Shown one piece after another: positions 40,815 to 49,780 of a stretch of 64,000 nt of DNA. Positions within the stretch are counted from its first letter, which is position 1. Every line of letters starts with the position of its first letter. The position numbers and the translations under genes were made by a program. The DNA comes from Candidatus Altimarinota bacterium (GTDB lineage: Bacteria > Patescibacteriota > Gracilibacteria > UBA1369 > GCA-2718715). Location of the stretch: the NCBI GenBank assembly GCA_041242255.1, contig JBESAV010000001.1, positions 512,001 to 576,000 on the forward strand, given 5' to 3'. The notes below the pieces were generated by a model. It worked only from the letters and a program-made list of their open reading frames with translations. It made no database searches and was not told where the DNA came from.

Positions 40815-41135
40815 TTAGTTTCTTTTCTTACGTTTCCTTTTTGGTTTATGGTCACTGTAAAAAAAAGAAATAGATATTTCTGGAAGATCAAACTGATCTA
40901 CAGCTTTTCGATATCTACCAACAACATTAAGACTATCAGTGCTGTCCATACCAAACTCTACAAAATTTTCTCCCAAAACCATATCTCTAGGCGTACTTGC
41001 AAGGCAGTTCAAAATTCTCGAAAAATGATCCATTTGAACATTTTCAATTCTAACTCGATTGAGCTCTACATTATCATTTGCTGCCTCAGCAATGTTTCTA
41101 TCCTCTGGACTTGGAAAATTTACTAATACACCCAT
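40815..41135 (-). CDS. Hypothetical protein with an AANDN motif and a basic tail
   Basis: MGVLVNFP...EAANDN...KPKRKRKKRN. Confidence 0.6.
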   Translation of the reverse strand: MGVLVNFPSPEDRNIAEAANDNVELNRVRIENVQMDHFSRILNCLASTPRDMVLGENFVEFGMDSTDSLNVVGRYRKAVDQFDLPEISISFFYSDHKPKRKRKKRN

Positions 41136-41210
41136 ATAACTTTTTAATACATTATCAAATTATACCATAAAAGCTTGCTAAGCAAAATATCCATTGATTC
41201 GTCAAACCAA

Positions 41211-41528
41211 CTACACAAAGCTCAAAGAGTCAGGATCCATATAGACATTATCTCCGGTGACCTCAGATTCTACTATCTTGATATCACTTACCCTATCTCG
41301 AATCAGATCACATAGAGTCAAAACATTCTCTATATCTTGACAATAATTATCAGATACAAACTCAAATTCATAATCCATTATGCACATAACAACTTTTTGT
41401 ACTAATGGCTTCTGTCTAAGCAAAAAATCTAACTCCTGTTTATTGTTCTCAAGAAATTCTCTTAGAATACATAACCTTCCGATCCAGTCTTCTCCATATA
41501 TTTCTTTAGATTTAGTCTTCAACAACAT
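41211..41528 (-). CDS. Hypothetical protein
   Basis: 105-aa ORF co-oriented with its neighbours. Confidence 0.55.
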   Translation of the reverse strand: MLLKTKSKEIYGEDWIGRLCILREFLENNKQELDFLLRQKPLVQKVVMCIMDYEFEFVSDNYCQDIENVLTLCDLIRDRVSDIKIVESEVTGDNVYMDPDSLSFV

Positions 41529-41634
41529 TCATCATTAATTAAACCACAAAAAACTTACAGAACTAAAAACTATTAATCAAACCAAAATATAATTTTAAAA
41601 CGTTTTTATACTTTGTAAATAAGGTGGAGGAGTC

Positions 41635-42843
41635 TTACTCCTCCAGTCTATCTAGTTCAACTTCAACTTCTTCAAGCTCACCATCCCTATAATATTTCAC
41701 AATTATCTCATCACCAATTGAAAGCCCACTTACTATCTGCTGAAGTCCAACATCCTCACTTATTGATATCCCATCTACTTCAACAATCAAATCCCCAGAT
41801 TGAAGCCCAGCTTGATCAGCAGGGCCATCAGGAACAACAGCTAAAACTCGATTACTTATATCATCTTGTAGGTATGCTCCGTAGTCAGAAGGAAGGTCAA
41901 ACTCATTAGCAATTTCTGGATTCACATCAATAAACCTAACCCCCAAGAAAGGCCTAACAATTTCTCCATATTCCTCATAACTCTCCAAAACCTTCTTTAC
42001 ATCATTCACAGGGATAGCAAATCCAATCCCATTAGCTTCAGCGACAGCTGTATTCATACCAATTACTTCACCAAAAATATTAATCAATGGCCCTCCAGAG
42101 TTACCTGGGTTAATTGAAGCATCTGTTTGAATTAACCCAGAAAGTCTCGAAGCAGTTCCACCACCAAACGGCCCACCTCTTGAACCAGCCAAAATCTGCC
42201 TCCCTTTACCACTTACAATTCCTGCAGTGGTAGTGTTGTCAAACTCTGACAAAGCATTACCAATTGCCACAACTCTAGCTCCAACCCTTAATTCGTCTGA
42301 ATCACCTAAATCAGCAAAAGGTAAGTCAGTCGCTTCATCCTCCATTTCTGCATCTTCAAAAAGTTGAATCAAAGCGATGTCGTTCAGAGTATCTTTAGCC
42401 AAAACCTTTGCGTAATATTGACTTCCATCAGGTAAAAACACGCTGTATTCAGCTTCTTCGTCAGCCACCACGTGCTTATTTGTTACAGCCACACCATTCT
42501 CACTTACAATAAATCCTGTTCCTCCACCAATCTCAAGACGTTCAGTAACCACCTCCGGCTCTTCATATCTCAGTCCACCCGGTAAACCAAACAATCCAAA
42601 CGGATTTCCTCCTACATACCTCTCTAATTCTTTTGTAGCAATAATACTAACTACTGAAGGGTTAGCTTTATCAATCGCATCAATTAAAGGAGATTCTTCC
42701 ACATACTCAGTCAATATCCTAACATCCCCATCGGAACTATTAAGGTTTTCATTGAACGCATAAAAAGTTGCAGCTCCTCCAGCAGCACCAAACAGAATTG
42801 AAGAAACTAAAATCAATCCAAAATACTTAGCTTGATTCACCAT
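41635..42843 (-). CDS. htrA: HtrA/DegP-family serine protease with PDZ domain
   Basis: GTGFIV, TNKHVV, DIA, IQTDASINPGNSGGPL, C-terminal PDZ. Confidence 0.95.
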   Translation of the reverse strand: MVNQAKYFGLILVSSILFGAAGGAATFYAFNENLNSSDGDVRILTEYVEESPLIDAIDKANPSVVSIIATKELERYVGGNPFGLFGLPGGLRYEEPEVVTERLEIGGGTGFIVSENGVAVTNKHVVADEEAEYSVFLPDGSQYYAKVLAKDTLNDIALIQLFEDAEMEDEATDLPFADLGDSDELRVGARVVAIGNALSEFDNTTTAGIVSGKGRQILAGSRGGPFGGGTASRLSGLIQTDASINPGNSGGPLINIFGEVIGMNTAVAEANGIGFAIPVNDVKKVLESYEEYGEIVRPFLGVRFIDVNPEIANEFDLPSDYGAYLQDDISNRVLAVVPDGPADQAGLQSGDLIVEVDGISISEDVGLQQIVSGLSIGDEIIVKYYRDGELEEVEVELDRLEE

Positions 42844-42897
42844 TGGTAATAATTAAATCCACTTAATATTTTAAAACTTTATCCAAAAATATCAAAT

Positions 42898-44328
42898 CTA
42901 CAGTTCAATTATTTCAACATCATTTCTTTTTATAAAGCCTCTTAATAACTTATATTTATCCAAATCAAAGTTCTCAGACTTAGCTTCATTCAAAGCCTCA
43001 TTCATTTCATCCATACCTTGAAATGTCCCTATCAAACACCAGTTGTTGACAAGATGTAGTTCCATTGTTCCTGTTTCCTGGTTGAATTCTTTTATAACGA
43101 TAGGGGAGCCAAAAGGCCATTTTTCATACTTCTCCCTCTCTAAAGCCGCTCTCAAAAGTAGATTATGTTTTTCTATCAACTTCTCTCTCTTTTTCTCATC
43201 CATTTCCATATCACAAACACCTATACATTTTCCGAGCTCATAATTAAAGCATGGCTGCTCATCTTTATACACATTCTCTAATCCCAAAGTTTTTCTACAC
43301 AATTTGTATTCTTTCACAATCGACTCAAGAAATCCTTCTACCTCTGCTTTACCTCTGAAAGGCCCATATGAACTCTCTAGGTCATCATAACTAGGATTGA
43401 CCAGCTTTCTGTAGTTAACTGTCAGCAGCCCACTCATCAAATCTTTTTGCGTAAGATCTAATAAATACAAAACTTTATTTTTTCTCAAGCGTTTATTGTA
43501 AATCGGCAAATGTTGCTTAACCATATCACTTTCATACAGTAAGGCCGAAAGTTCTCCAGGCTTTTTCACAAAATCAATCTTCCTGATCTGATTTACCATT
43601 CTAGATTTTCGAAAGGAATTATAACTTTCCGTAAAATGACTCAACACTCTTTCCCGAATATTTCTACTTTTTCCAATATAAATAGGCCTCTCCTCATCGT
43701 CTCCGTAGAAGAAATACACCCCTGTGCTCTCTGGTAGTTTATCAAACTGTTCTTGTTGCAATTTAGAAGGAATTCTTACATTCCCTTTTTGAGCAGAAAT
43801 CGCCTCATTAATGCGCTCAATATCAAACTCATCGTGAATTTTATCCCAGAACTGATAAAGCAAATCTGCATCACCCATCGCTCTGTGTCGATCTGTTACA
43901 GGCTCAAGCTCCAGTCTATTCATTACCGCATCTAAATTGTGTTTTCTGAAATCTGTGTAAAGTTTACGAGAAAGTTTCACAGTACATAATCTTCTTGATT
44001 TAAATTCTTTACCAATTCTTTTAAACTCATTCCTCAAGAAATTATAGTCAAAACTAACGTTGTGAGCCACAAACACATAACCCTCCAACCTTTCCAATAT
44101 TTCATCAGCCACCTCTTCAAAAATTGGCTTATCCAAAAGCATCTCTTCGTTAATTCCAGTAAATTTTCTAATAAATGAAGGAATCGGCATCCCAGGATTA
44201 ACAAGTGTAGACCAACGATCAACGAGTTGATTTGACTCAACTCGAACAATAGCAACCTCAATCACCCTGTTTTTTACAGGGTTTGAACCAGTTGTCTCAA
44301 TATCTACAAATGCAAATCTTTGGTCCAT
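42898..44328 (-). CDS. DEDDh 3'-5' exonuclease (DnaQ-like) fused to a GIY-YIG UvrC/Cho-like endonuclease
   Basis: DIETTG, AHNVSFD, HRAMGDA; GVYFF...IYIGKS.NIRERV.SHF; C-terminal Cys cluster. Confidence 0.92.
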   Translation of the reverse strand: MDQRFAFVDIETTGSNPVKNRVIEVAIVRVESNQLVDRWSTLVNPGMPIPSFIRKFTGINEEMLLDKPIFEEVADEILERLEGYVFVAHNVSFDYNFLRNEFKRIGKEFKSRRLCTVKLSRKLYTDFRKHNLDAVMNRLELEPVTDRHRAMGDADLLYQFWDKIHDEFDIERINEAISAQKGNVRIPSKLQQEQFDKLPESTGVYFFYGDDEERPIYIGKSRNIRERVLSHFTESYNSFRKSRMVNQIRKIDFVKKPGELSALLYESDMVKQHLPIYNKRLRKNKVLYLLDLTQKDLMSGLLTVNYRKLVNPSYDDLESSYGPFRGKAEVEGFLESIVKEYKLCRKTLGLENVYKDEQPCFNYELGKCIGVCDMEMDEKKREKLIEKHNLLLRAALEREKYEKWPFGSPIVIKEFNQETGTMELHLVNNWCLIGTFQGMDEMNEALNEAKSENFDLDKYKLLRGFIKRNDVEIIEL

Positions 44329-44390
44329 TCTAAGAGGTTAGTCAGCCTTAAGATACCTTTAAAACTTTAAAAAAGACAGTAAAAACTTTT

Positions 44391-44840
44391 TTAGGCAATA
44401 TCTTTTAATATATCTTCAGCGTGAGTAGCAGTATTTACTTTCGGATATACTTTTTCAATCAATCCTTTCTCATCAATCACATAAGTAATTCTTTTTACAA
44501 ATCTTTTGCCAGCATCATTCGGTTCTTTCAAAGCTTCATAATCTTCAATCACAATCTGTTCAGGATCAGACAACAACGTAAATGGAAGCTCATACTTTGA
44601 TTTAAAATTCAAATGACTCTTTTGACCATCTTTGCTTACACCAAAAACCTTAATTCCAAATTTCTCTAAATCAGAGAAATTATCCCTAAAACTACAAGCT
44701 TCTTTAGTACAACCAGGTGTATTGTCTTTAGGATAAAAATAAAGCACCACCTTCTGCCCCTTGTAGTCTGACAACTTATGAATTGTTCCATTTTCATCAA
44801 CAAGATCAAAGTCCGGCGCCAAAGTTCCAACTTTCAACAT
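44391..44840 (-). CDS. bcp: Peroxiredoxin (BCP/PrxQ)
   Basis: YFYPKDNTPGCTKEAC. Confidence 0.95.
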   Translation of the reverse strand: MLKVGTLAPDFDLVDENGTIHKLSDYKGQKVVLYFYPKDNTPGCTKEACSFRDNFSDLEKFGIKVFGVSKDGQKSHLNFKSKYELPFTLLSDPEQIVIEDYEALKEPNDAGKRFVKRITYVIDEKGLIEKVYPKVNTATHAEDILKDIA

Positions 44841-44896
44841 ATTTATAATTCTATTAAACTAACGATACTATTATACAAGATATATCATCCTCATAA

Positions 44897-45613
44897 ATGC
44901 CAAAACCAATCAAACTTAGTCGTACCAGTGTCCAGCTTTTCCTTGAATGTCCAAAATGTTTTTACAAAAAGATAGTTCATAAAGTTTCCAGACCAAACCC
45001 AGCTAGATATTCTCTAAATCTAGAAATAGACAAGCTTCTCAAGCAGGAATTTGATCACTACCGCCACCAAAAAAAGCAACACCCCATCCAAAAAAAACAC
45101 AATCTACCTCACTTCCCTGCTCTCAATACTAACTTAAACAAGTGGCGCCACAATTTCACTGGTGCTCAGCACCAGTACAAAAACCTTCTTTTGTACGGGA
45201 GCTTAGACGACTTGTGGTTTAACCCAGCGACAGGGGAGCACAGCATTGTTGACTACAAAGCTACTAGCTCACACTATCAGCCCAGCCAAACCAGATTAGA
45301 TTCATACAATACCCAGCTATCATTCTATAGCTGGCTACTTCAACACAACGGATTAAAAATGTCTGATACCAATTACATTCTCTTATGCAACGCCTACCAA
45401 GCTTCTCCTGATACGCACTTAGAGGGATCTCTTAGCCTTCAGCAAGATCTTATCCAAATTCCTAATCAACCCCATTGGATAACTGATACTCTCGAGCAAA
45501 TCATCCAAACCCTTACAAACCTAGAATCACCCAGCTCAAACCCTGAGTGTCTCTATTGCTCCTACCTTGAAAAATCAAACAATCTTAACAAAGCTGTCAC
45601 TTTGCCTTTTTAA
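44897..45613 (+). CDS. PD-(D/E)XK (RecB/Cas4-like) nuclease
   Basis: CPKCFY, GSLDDL, IVDYKAT, QLSFY, C-terminal C.YC. Confidence 0.85.
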   Translation: MPKPIKLSRTSVQLFLECPKCFYKKIVHKVSRPNPARYSLNLEIDKLLKQEFDHYRHQKKQHPIQKKHNLPHFPALNTNLNKWRHNFTGAQHQYKNLLLYGSLDDLWFNPATGEHSIVDYKATSSHYQPSQTRLDSYNTQLSFYSWLLQHNGLKMSDTNYILLCNAYQASPDTHLEGSLSLQQDLIQIPNQPHWITDTLEQIIQTLTNLESPSSNPECLYCSYLEKSNNLNKAVTLPF

Positions 45614-45691
45614 TAAGCCCTTGATCAAACTTCTAAATCATATATCATACTTCCATCTTAACGTATGCACACACGTTAAGTTGAATAAACA

Positions 45692-45722
45692 ACCCTCCAA
45701 AACTTAGTTTTGGAGGGTGTTT
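45692..45722. terminator. Bidirectional terminator
   Basis: Perfect 12-bp stem accctccaaaac/gttttggagggt. Confidence 0.8.
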
Positions 45723-46473
45723 AGCTATCCAACTTAGAAAAAAGAACGTTGAATATATTCTTATGAAAATTTGCTAGCTTTTCTGATTTTACCTTTATTG
45801 CCATCCTATCTTTCCAAGATACAAATAATATGTTGTCATCATAGATAGTTGTTTCTGTATCAAAGGAATATTTAGAATCTATAAATCTAATCTCTCTTTG
45901 CTCATGCGCATCAAGCTCAGAGCGATTAATAGACTCTAAATTACTTGGGCAAATCGTTTTTAAAAAGATCCCCTTTTCTTTTCTAACTTTATAGTAACTT
46001 GGTAGTTTTTTAATAAAACTATCTCGCATTTCTTTGATATTTACATATGAGTATATGGTCTTATCTTTACAGTTTAATGTATCTATATATGCTTCAATAA
46101 TTGATCTCTCTCCTTCGTAATACTTAATTAATGGTTGCGATTTCTTTTTATCTTTATTTAAAAACTTTTTTTTATATTTTCTATTTAGGTCTCTTGCTAT
46201 CTTTAATTTTAACTCTTGTTTTCTTTTTTCTTCCATGAGAATTTTTACTACTCTATCAGGACTTTCAGGAATAAAAACATTCACCCCATCCTTGAGTGTT
46301 TTACTTACTAGGCCTTTTTCTACTAAAGCAGCAACATATGAATAACATGAGCTTCTAACTAGCTTTGTTTCAATTGCAATCTCAGAAGCTGTCATAGGTC
46401 CAACTTCAAGAAGCCTTTTATATATTAAAGAACTTTCTTTACCTAAGTTTATTAAATTAAGAAATTCATACAT
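45721..46473 (-). CDS. TrmB-family transcriptional regulator
   Basis: N-terminal wHTH (ASEIA...RSSCY..V..L.EKGLV), P.IKYYEG, IYDD.I. Confidence 0.88.
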   Translation of the reverse strand: MYEFLNLINLGKESSLIYKRLLEVGPMTASEIAIETKLVRSSCYSYVAALVEKGLVSKTLKDGVNVFIPESPDRVVKILMEEKRKQELKLKIARDLNRKYKKKFLNKDKKKSQPLIKYYEGERSIIEAYIDTLNCKDKTIYSYVNIKEMRDSFIKKLPSYYKVRKEKGIFLKTICPSNLESINRSELDAHEQREIRFIDSKYSFDTETTIYDDNILFVSWKDRMAIKVKSEKLANFHKNIFNVLFSKLDS

Positions 46474-47228
46474 TATTCATTCAAATCTGAACTGATAACA
46501 CAATGTCCTTCCATAAAATCTGAGAAGTTACTAGGTTGAATTGAGTTAAAATAAATCCTTATAATATCAAAGTCTTCAGTGTCATTATTTAATAGTTCTT
46601 TACGAAGAGTACTATCAGAAAACATACTTACCGCTGATTCTATAGCATCCATACAAAAGCTAGGCATAAAACCTATAAATTGTGTGTACTCTCTACTAAT
46701 TATATCTAACATCATAAGTACTTCTGTTGCACAAACTGGGTTAGAGTGTATCTCTCTATCGATCTGAAGCAATTCGTAATTATCATGACCTTTTACCTTT
46801 CTTCTAGCAGAGTTGAATTGATTTTGAAGATATTTTTCACTAATTAACCCTAGATTATTATTATGTCCATGTGTCCCATATCCGGACATTAGCTTATCTT
46901 TTGGTATATTAAAAAATGATTGTTTGGTTGCATTAAACCAAAACTTTTCTCTTACTGACGTCCCTTTATTTCCATTCGATCTTAGTTTTGACCAATCGTT
47001 AACCATTGTAAAAGCATAAGTGTTTTCTGGGTTTGCGCTCATTACAGATTCAACCATTAATTTAGTATATTGCGTAAATACTCCCATAATTGTATTGTCG
47101 CAATTCCCATCTGCATCAAGAATAAAGTGACCACCCATTAAGGCTGTTTTCTCATCTTCAGATATCATCTCATAAGTTTCTAAAACAACATCATTCATAC
47201 CGGTCAGAATATCATTACCTGGCTTCAT
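46473..47228 (-). CDS. Hypothetical protein, possibly an enzyme
   Basis: GGHF, MVNDW, SEKYLQN, PVCA and PSFC motifs; AT-rich; coupled to the TrmB gene. Confidence 0.65.
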   Translation of the reverse strand: MKPGNDILTGMNDVVLETYEMISEDEKTALMGGHFILDADGNCDNTIMGVFTQYTKLMVESVMSANPENTYAFTMVNDWSKLRSNGNKGTSVREKFWFNATKQSFFNIPKDKLMSGYGTHGHNNNLGLISEKYLQNQFNSARRKVKGHDNYELLQIDREIHSNPVCATEVLMMLDIISREYTQFIGFMPSFCMDAIESAVSMFSDSTLRKELLNNDTEDFDIIRIYFNSIQPSNFSDFMEGHCVISSDLNE

Positions 47229-47297
47229 TATTTGTATTGTTTATAATTTGATTAAATGTAAAATATATATATTAGACTATAAAGTCAATTTTTATAA

Positions 47298-48059
47298 ATG
47301 GAATTTAAAGATTTAGGTACACTTTTTACAAAACTAGATCTCAGTAAGAATGAAACAGATATTTTTATTAAGTACTATGAGTATGGATTACAGCAACCCA
47401 GTGTCATTGCTAGAAAAATTGGTATGAATAGAGTAACAGTCTATCACGCATGTGAGAGATTGCACAAAAAAGGTTTTTTAAACAAGGTACCCGGAAGTCA
47501 TGCTGTTAAATACTCCCCAAAGAGTCTGGTAGAAATTAAAGAGGTTTTTTTAGATGAAAAGATTGACAAGGATAAAGAAATTAATGAGAAACTCCAAGTT
47601 GTTGATCAGATTAGTCAACAAATATCTAGTTTAGCATCAAAAGATTATAAAAAACCATACACAAAAGTGTTTCAGGGTGAAAATGCGTTAAAAGAAATTT
47701 ATAAGCTATCATTAGAGGGGGATGAGATTCTTGCTTATTTTAACCCATGGAAGGCCAATAGTCCTCATGCTGAAGTTGATGAATGGCACACCAAGGAAAG
47801 AAAAAAACTTAAGATTGCATTAAAGTTAATAGTCCCCAGTATAACAGATCAAAGTATAATTGATCTCAAAGTTTCAGAGTCATTAACGCAAGTTAAGGTT
47901 ATAGAAGAAGAAAATTTTGATTTCGAGGATTTTACCATAATAACAAATACAAGACTTTTAATATACTCTTCATCAGACTCATTAGGAGTAGCAATTGAAA
48001 GTAAAAGAATTGCAAATAATCAACGAGCATTATTTAAACTAATATGGAAATCACTTTAA
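47298..48059 (+). CDS. TrmB-family transcriptional regulator
   Basis: LSKNE..IF, IARKIGMNRVTVY...L..KG, P.TKVFQG, F.LIW. Confidence 0.88.
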   Translation: MEFKDLGTLFTKLDLSKNETDIFIKYYEYGLQQPSVIARKIGMNRVTVYHACERLHKKGFLNKVPGSHAVKYSPKSLVEIKEVFLDEKIDKDKEINEKLQVVDQISQQISSLASKDYKKPYTKVFQGENALKEIYKLSLEGDEILAYFNPWKANSPHAEVDEWHTKERKKLKIALKLIVPSITDQSIIDLKVSESLTQVKVIEEENFDFEDFTIITNTRLLIYSSSDSLGVAIESKRIANNQRALFKLIWKSL

Positions 48060-48145
48060 ATGTATTGTTGAAGTATCATCAACACCCCTATTTTACCTTT
48101 AATTAAAGGTAAAAGGAAGCTTATTTTGTCAACTGTTGGTCTTCA

Positions 48146-48173
48146 TTGACTGTTTTAAACAATGCTTTACAAT
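48146..48173 (+). promoter_or_regulatory. Sigma70-type promoter
   Basis: TTGACT-16 nt-TACAAT; implies a start at ATG 48216 rather than 48162. Confidence 0.55.
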
Positions 48174-48215
48174 TTTGTTGTTTATTCAACAATTACAAAT
48201 TTAACTTGTGTGCAT

Positions 48216-49283
48216 ATGTCAATTAAGACTTTAGTGAAATTTCTATCTAAGGAAAAAATCAAACAAGAACTTGATCAACTCCTTAGTTATTTAACGAAAA
48301 AAGAGAAAGAAGTAGTCATCAAAAGGTACGGAATCAATGGTGAAGAGATAACAACCTTAGCTGCAATCGGTGACAAAATGTCCCTGACTAGAGAGAGAAT
48401 TAGACAGATTCAAGTCCAAGCAATTAAAAAACTTCAAAGAGCTGTCAAATCTTCTGATATTCTTCTTTTAAATGAACAAATAAGTGATTTCATTGAAGCT
48501 TCTGGAGGAATAGTAAATGAAGAAGATTTATTCAAGTACGTTGATGAGATTTTCCCAGATGACCTTTCAAGCATCAAAAACGAAATTCTACTAATAACAG
48601 AATTTGATAAAGACATAAGACACGAGCATAACAAAGTTGATTTTCGACCCCATTTTAGATCAAAAAAGATAAAGTTCAGACAGATAAAAGAAACTAGCTA
48701 TTTGGCAATAAAAGCTCTAAAAGCAGAAAAAAACGTAATTTCAAAAGATGAGTTGTGTCAGCATATTCAAGATAAATACTCTGATACCTATGACCTTAAT
48801 GACAACCAAACCATAATAGCTTCATTGAAGTTAGACAGAAGGCTTAGAGATCATGGTGATTGCTTTAGTTTATTAGCATGGCGACACGTAAACCCAAGAA
48901 CTCTATTTGATAAAATAGTGTTTGTCTTAAACGAAAAAAATAAGCCAATGCATTTCCGTGATATTGCCGATGCTATGGTTCAAAAATCTCTAAGAAAAAA
49001 GAACTCATCCATCCAAGCTATCCATAATGAATTAATTGGTAACTCAATGTTTGTCCTAATCGGAAGAGGAACTTACGCTCTCAAAGACTGGGGATACAAA
49101 GAAGGAACAGTTTCTGAAGTAATCGAAAGCATTCTTGCCGAAGAAGGACCATTGTCACTTAATGACCTAACAGAAAAAGTCCTTCAAAGAAGAAAAGTTA
49201 AAGAGGTTACAGTTCAAGTAAACTTAAACTCAAAAAAAGAAATCTTCAAAAAGAATTCTGACGGCCACTACGAGTTAGCATAA
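48216..49283 (+). CDS. Sigma70 region-4-like HTH plus HARE-HTH (RNA polymerase delta-like) protein common in CPR
   Basis: TLAAIG..MSLTRERIRQIQ; KPMHFRDIA...HNELI...FVLIGRGTYALKDWGY. Confidence 0.85.
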   Translation: MSIKTLVKFLSKEKIKQELDQLLSYLTKKEKEVVIKRYGINGEEITTLAAIGDKMSLTRERIRQIQVQAIKKLQRAVKSSDILLLNEQISDFIEASGGIVNEEDLFKYVDEIFPDDLSSIKNEILLITEFDKDIRHEHNKVDFRPHFRSKKIKFRQIKETSYLAIKALKAEKNVISKDELCQHIQDKYSDTYDLNDNQTIIASLKLDRRLRDHGDCFSLLAWRHVNPRTLFDKIVFVLNEKNKPMHFRDIADAMVQKSLRKKNSSIQAIHNELIGNSMFVLIGRGTYALKDWGYKEGTVSEVIESILAEEGPLSLNDLTEKVLQRRKVKEVTVQVNLNSKKEIFKKNSDGHYELA

Positions 49284-49294
49284 ATAGAAAACAT

Positions 49295-49320
49295 AAGCCT
49301 CATTCACTTGAGGCTTTTTT
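49295..49320 (+). terminator. Intrinsic terminator
   Basis: aagcctca/tgaggctt plus tttt. Confidence 0.8.
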
Positions 49321-49374
49321 AATTTATTGAAATTATTAATTTTGTTATAATCAAACCAAATTCACCACAATAAT

Positions 49375-49740
49375 TTGGTTTATAAAAGATTCAAAAAGAG
49401 TTTAATAACTGCTTTAGTTCTTACGCTAGTTGCAACTTTCAACTGCTGTTTACCAAAGACACTAGCCTACCACGAGAATCCATCACACAGTGTAAGTGAG
49501 TCTGAGGCCTGTCCTGTATCAGAAAAACCAGATTTAGATGCTATACAATCATCAACTTTAAGCTCAACTGAAAAAGAAAAAGTTGCACTTCAAGATTTCT
49601 GCAAAAATAAGCTAGAAAGGTCACTCGCATTTCCTCTTAAAGTTCAAGCCACACAATACCACAAGACAGTAGCCCCTACTATTAAAGTAATTCTATGGGG
49701 TTCAAACTCATCTCAATCCTCCAATGTGTACAGATTGTGA
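49375..49740 (+). CDS. Secreted Cys/His-containing leader ORF of the copper operon (CutF/CruR-like candidate)
   Basis: Signal-like N-terminus, NCC, YHENPSH..EAC; the stop codon is embedded in the hairpin at 49737-49767. Confidence 0.55.
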   Translation: MVYKRFKKSLITALVLTLVATFNCCLPKTLAYHENPSHSVSESEACPVSEKPDLDAIQSSTLSSTEKEKVALQDFCKNKLERSLAFPLKVQATQYHKTVAPTIKVILWGSNSSQSSNVYRL

Positions 49741-49767
49741 TATCTCCTTTTTAAAAAGAAATATCAC
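49737..49767 (+). promoter_or_regulatory. Stem-loop between the leader ORF and the multicopper oxidase
   Basis: gtgatat-ctccttttt/aaaaagaa-atatcac, ending 13 nt before the ATG at 49781. Confidence 0.55.
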
Positions 49768-49780
49768 TTAATTACAGCAA

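Noticed and set aside
41060-41100. tmRNA gene suggested by the AANDN-coding sequence
   Set aside because: The motif lies inside a longer ORF, with no nearby ALAA-stop ending and no tRNA-like ends.
42898-44328. DEDDh plus GIY-YIG fusion as a novel architecture
   Set aside because: This DnaQ-like/UvrC-like fusion is a known, widespread family.
44897-45613. Cas4-like nuclease as a sign of a CRISPR-Cas locus
   Set aside because: No other cas genes and no repeat-spacer array are visible in the window; stand-alone PD-(D/E)XK nucleases are common.
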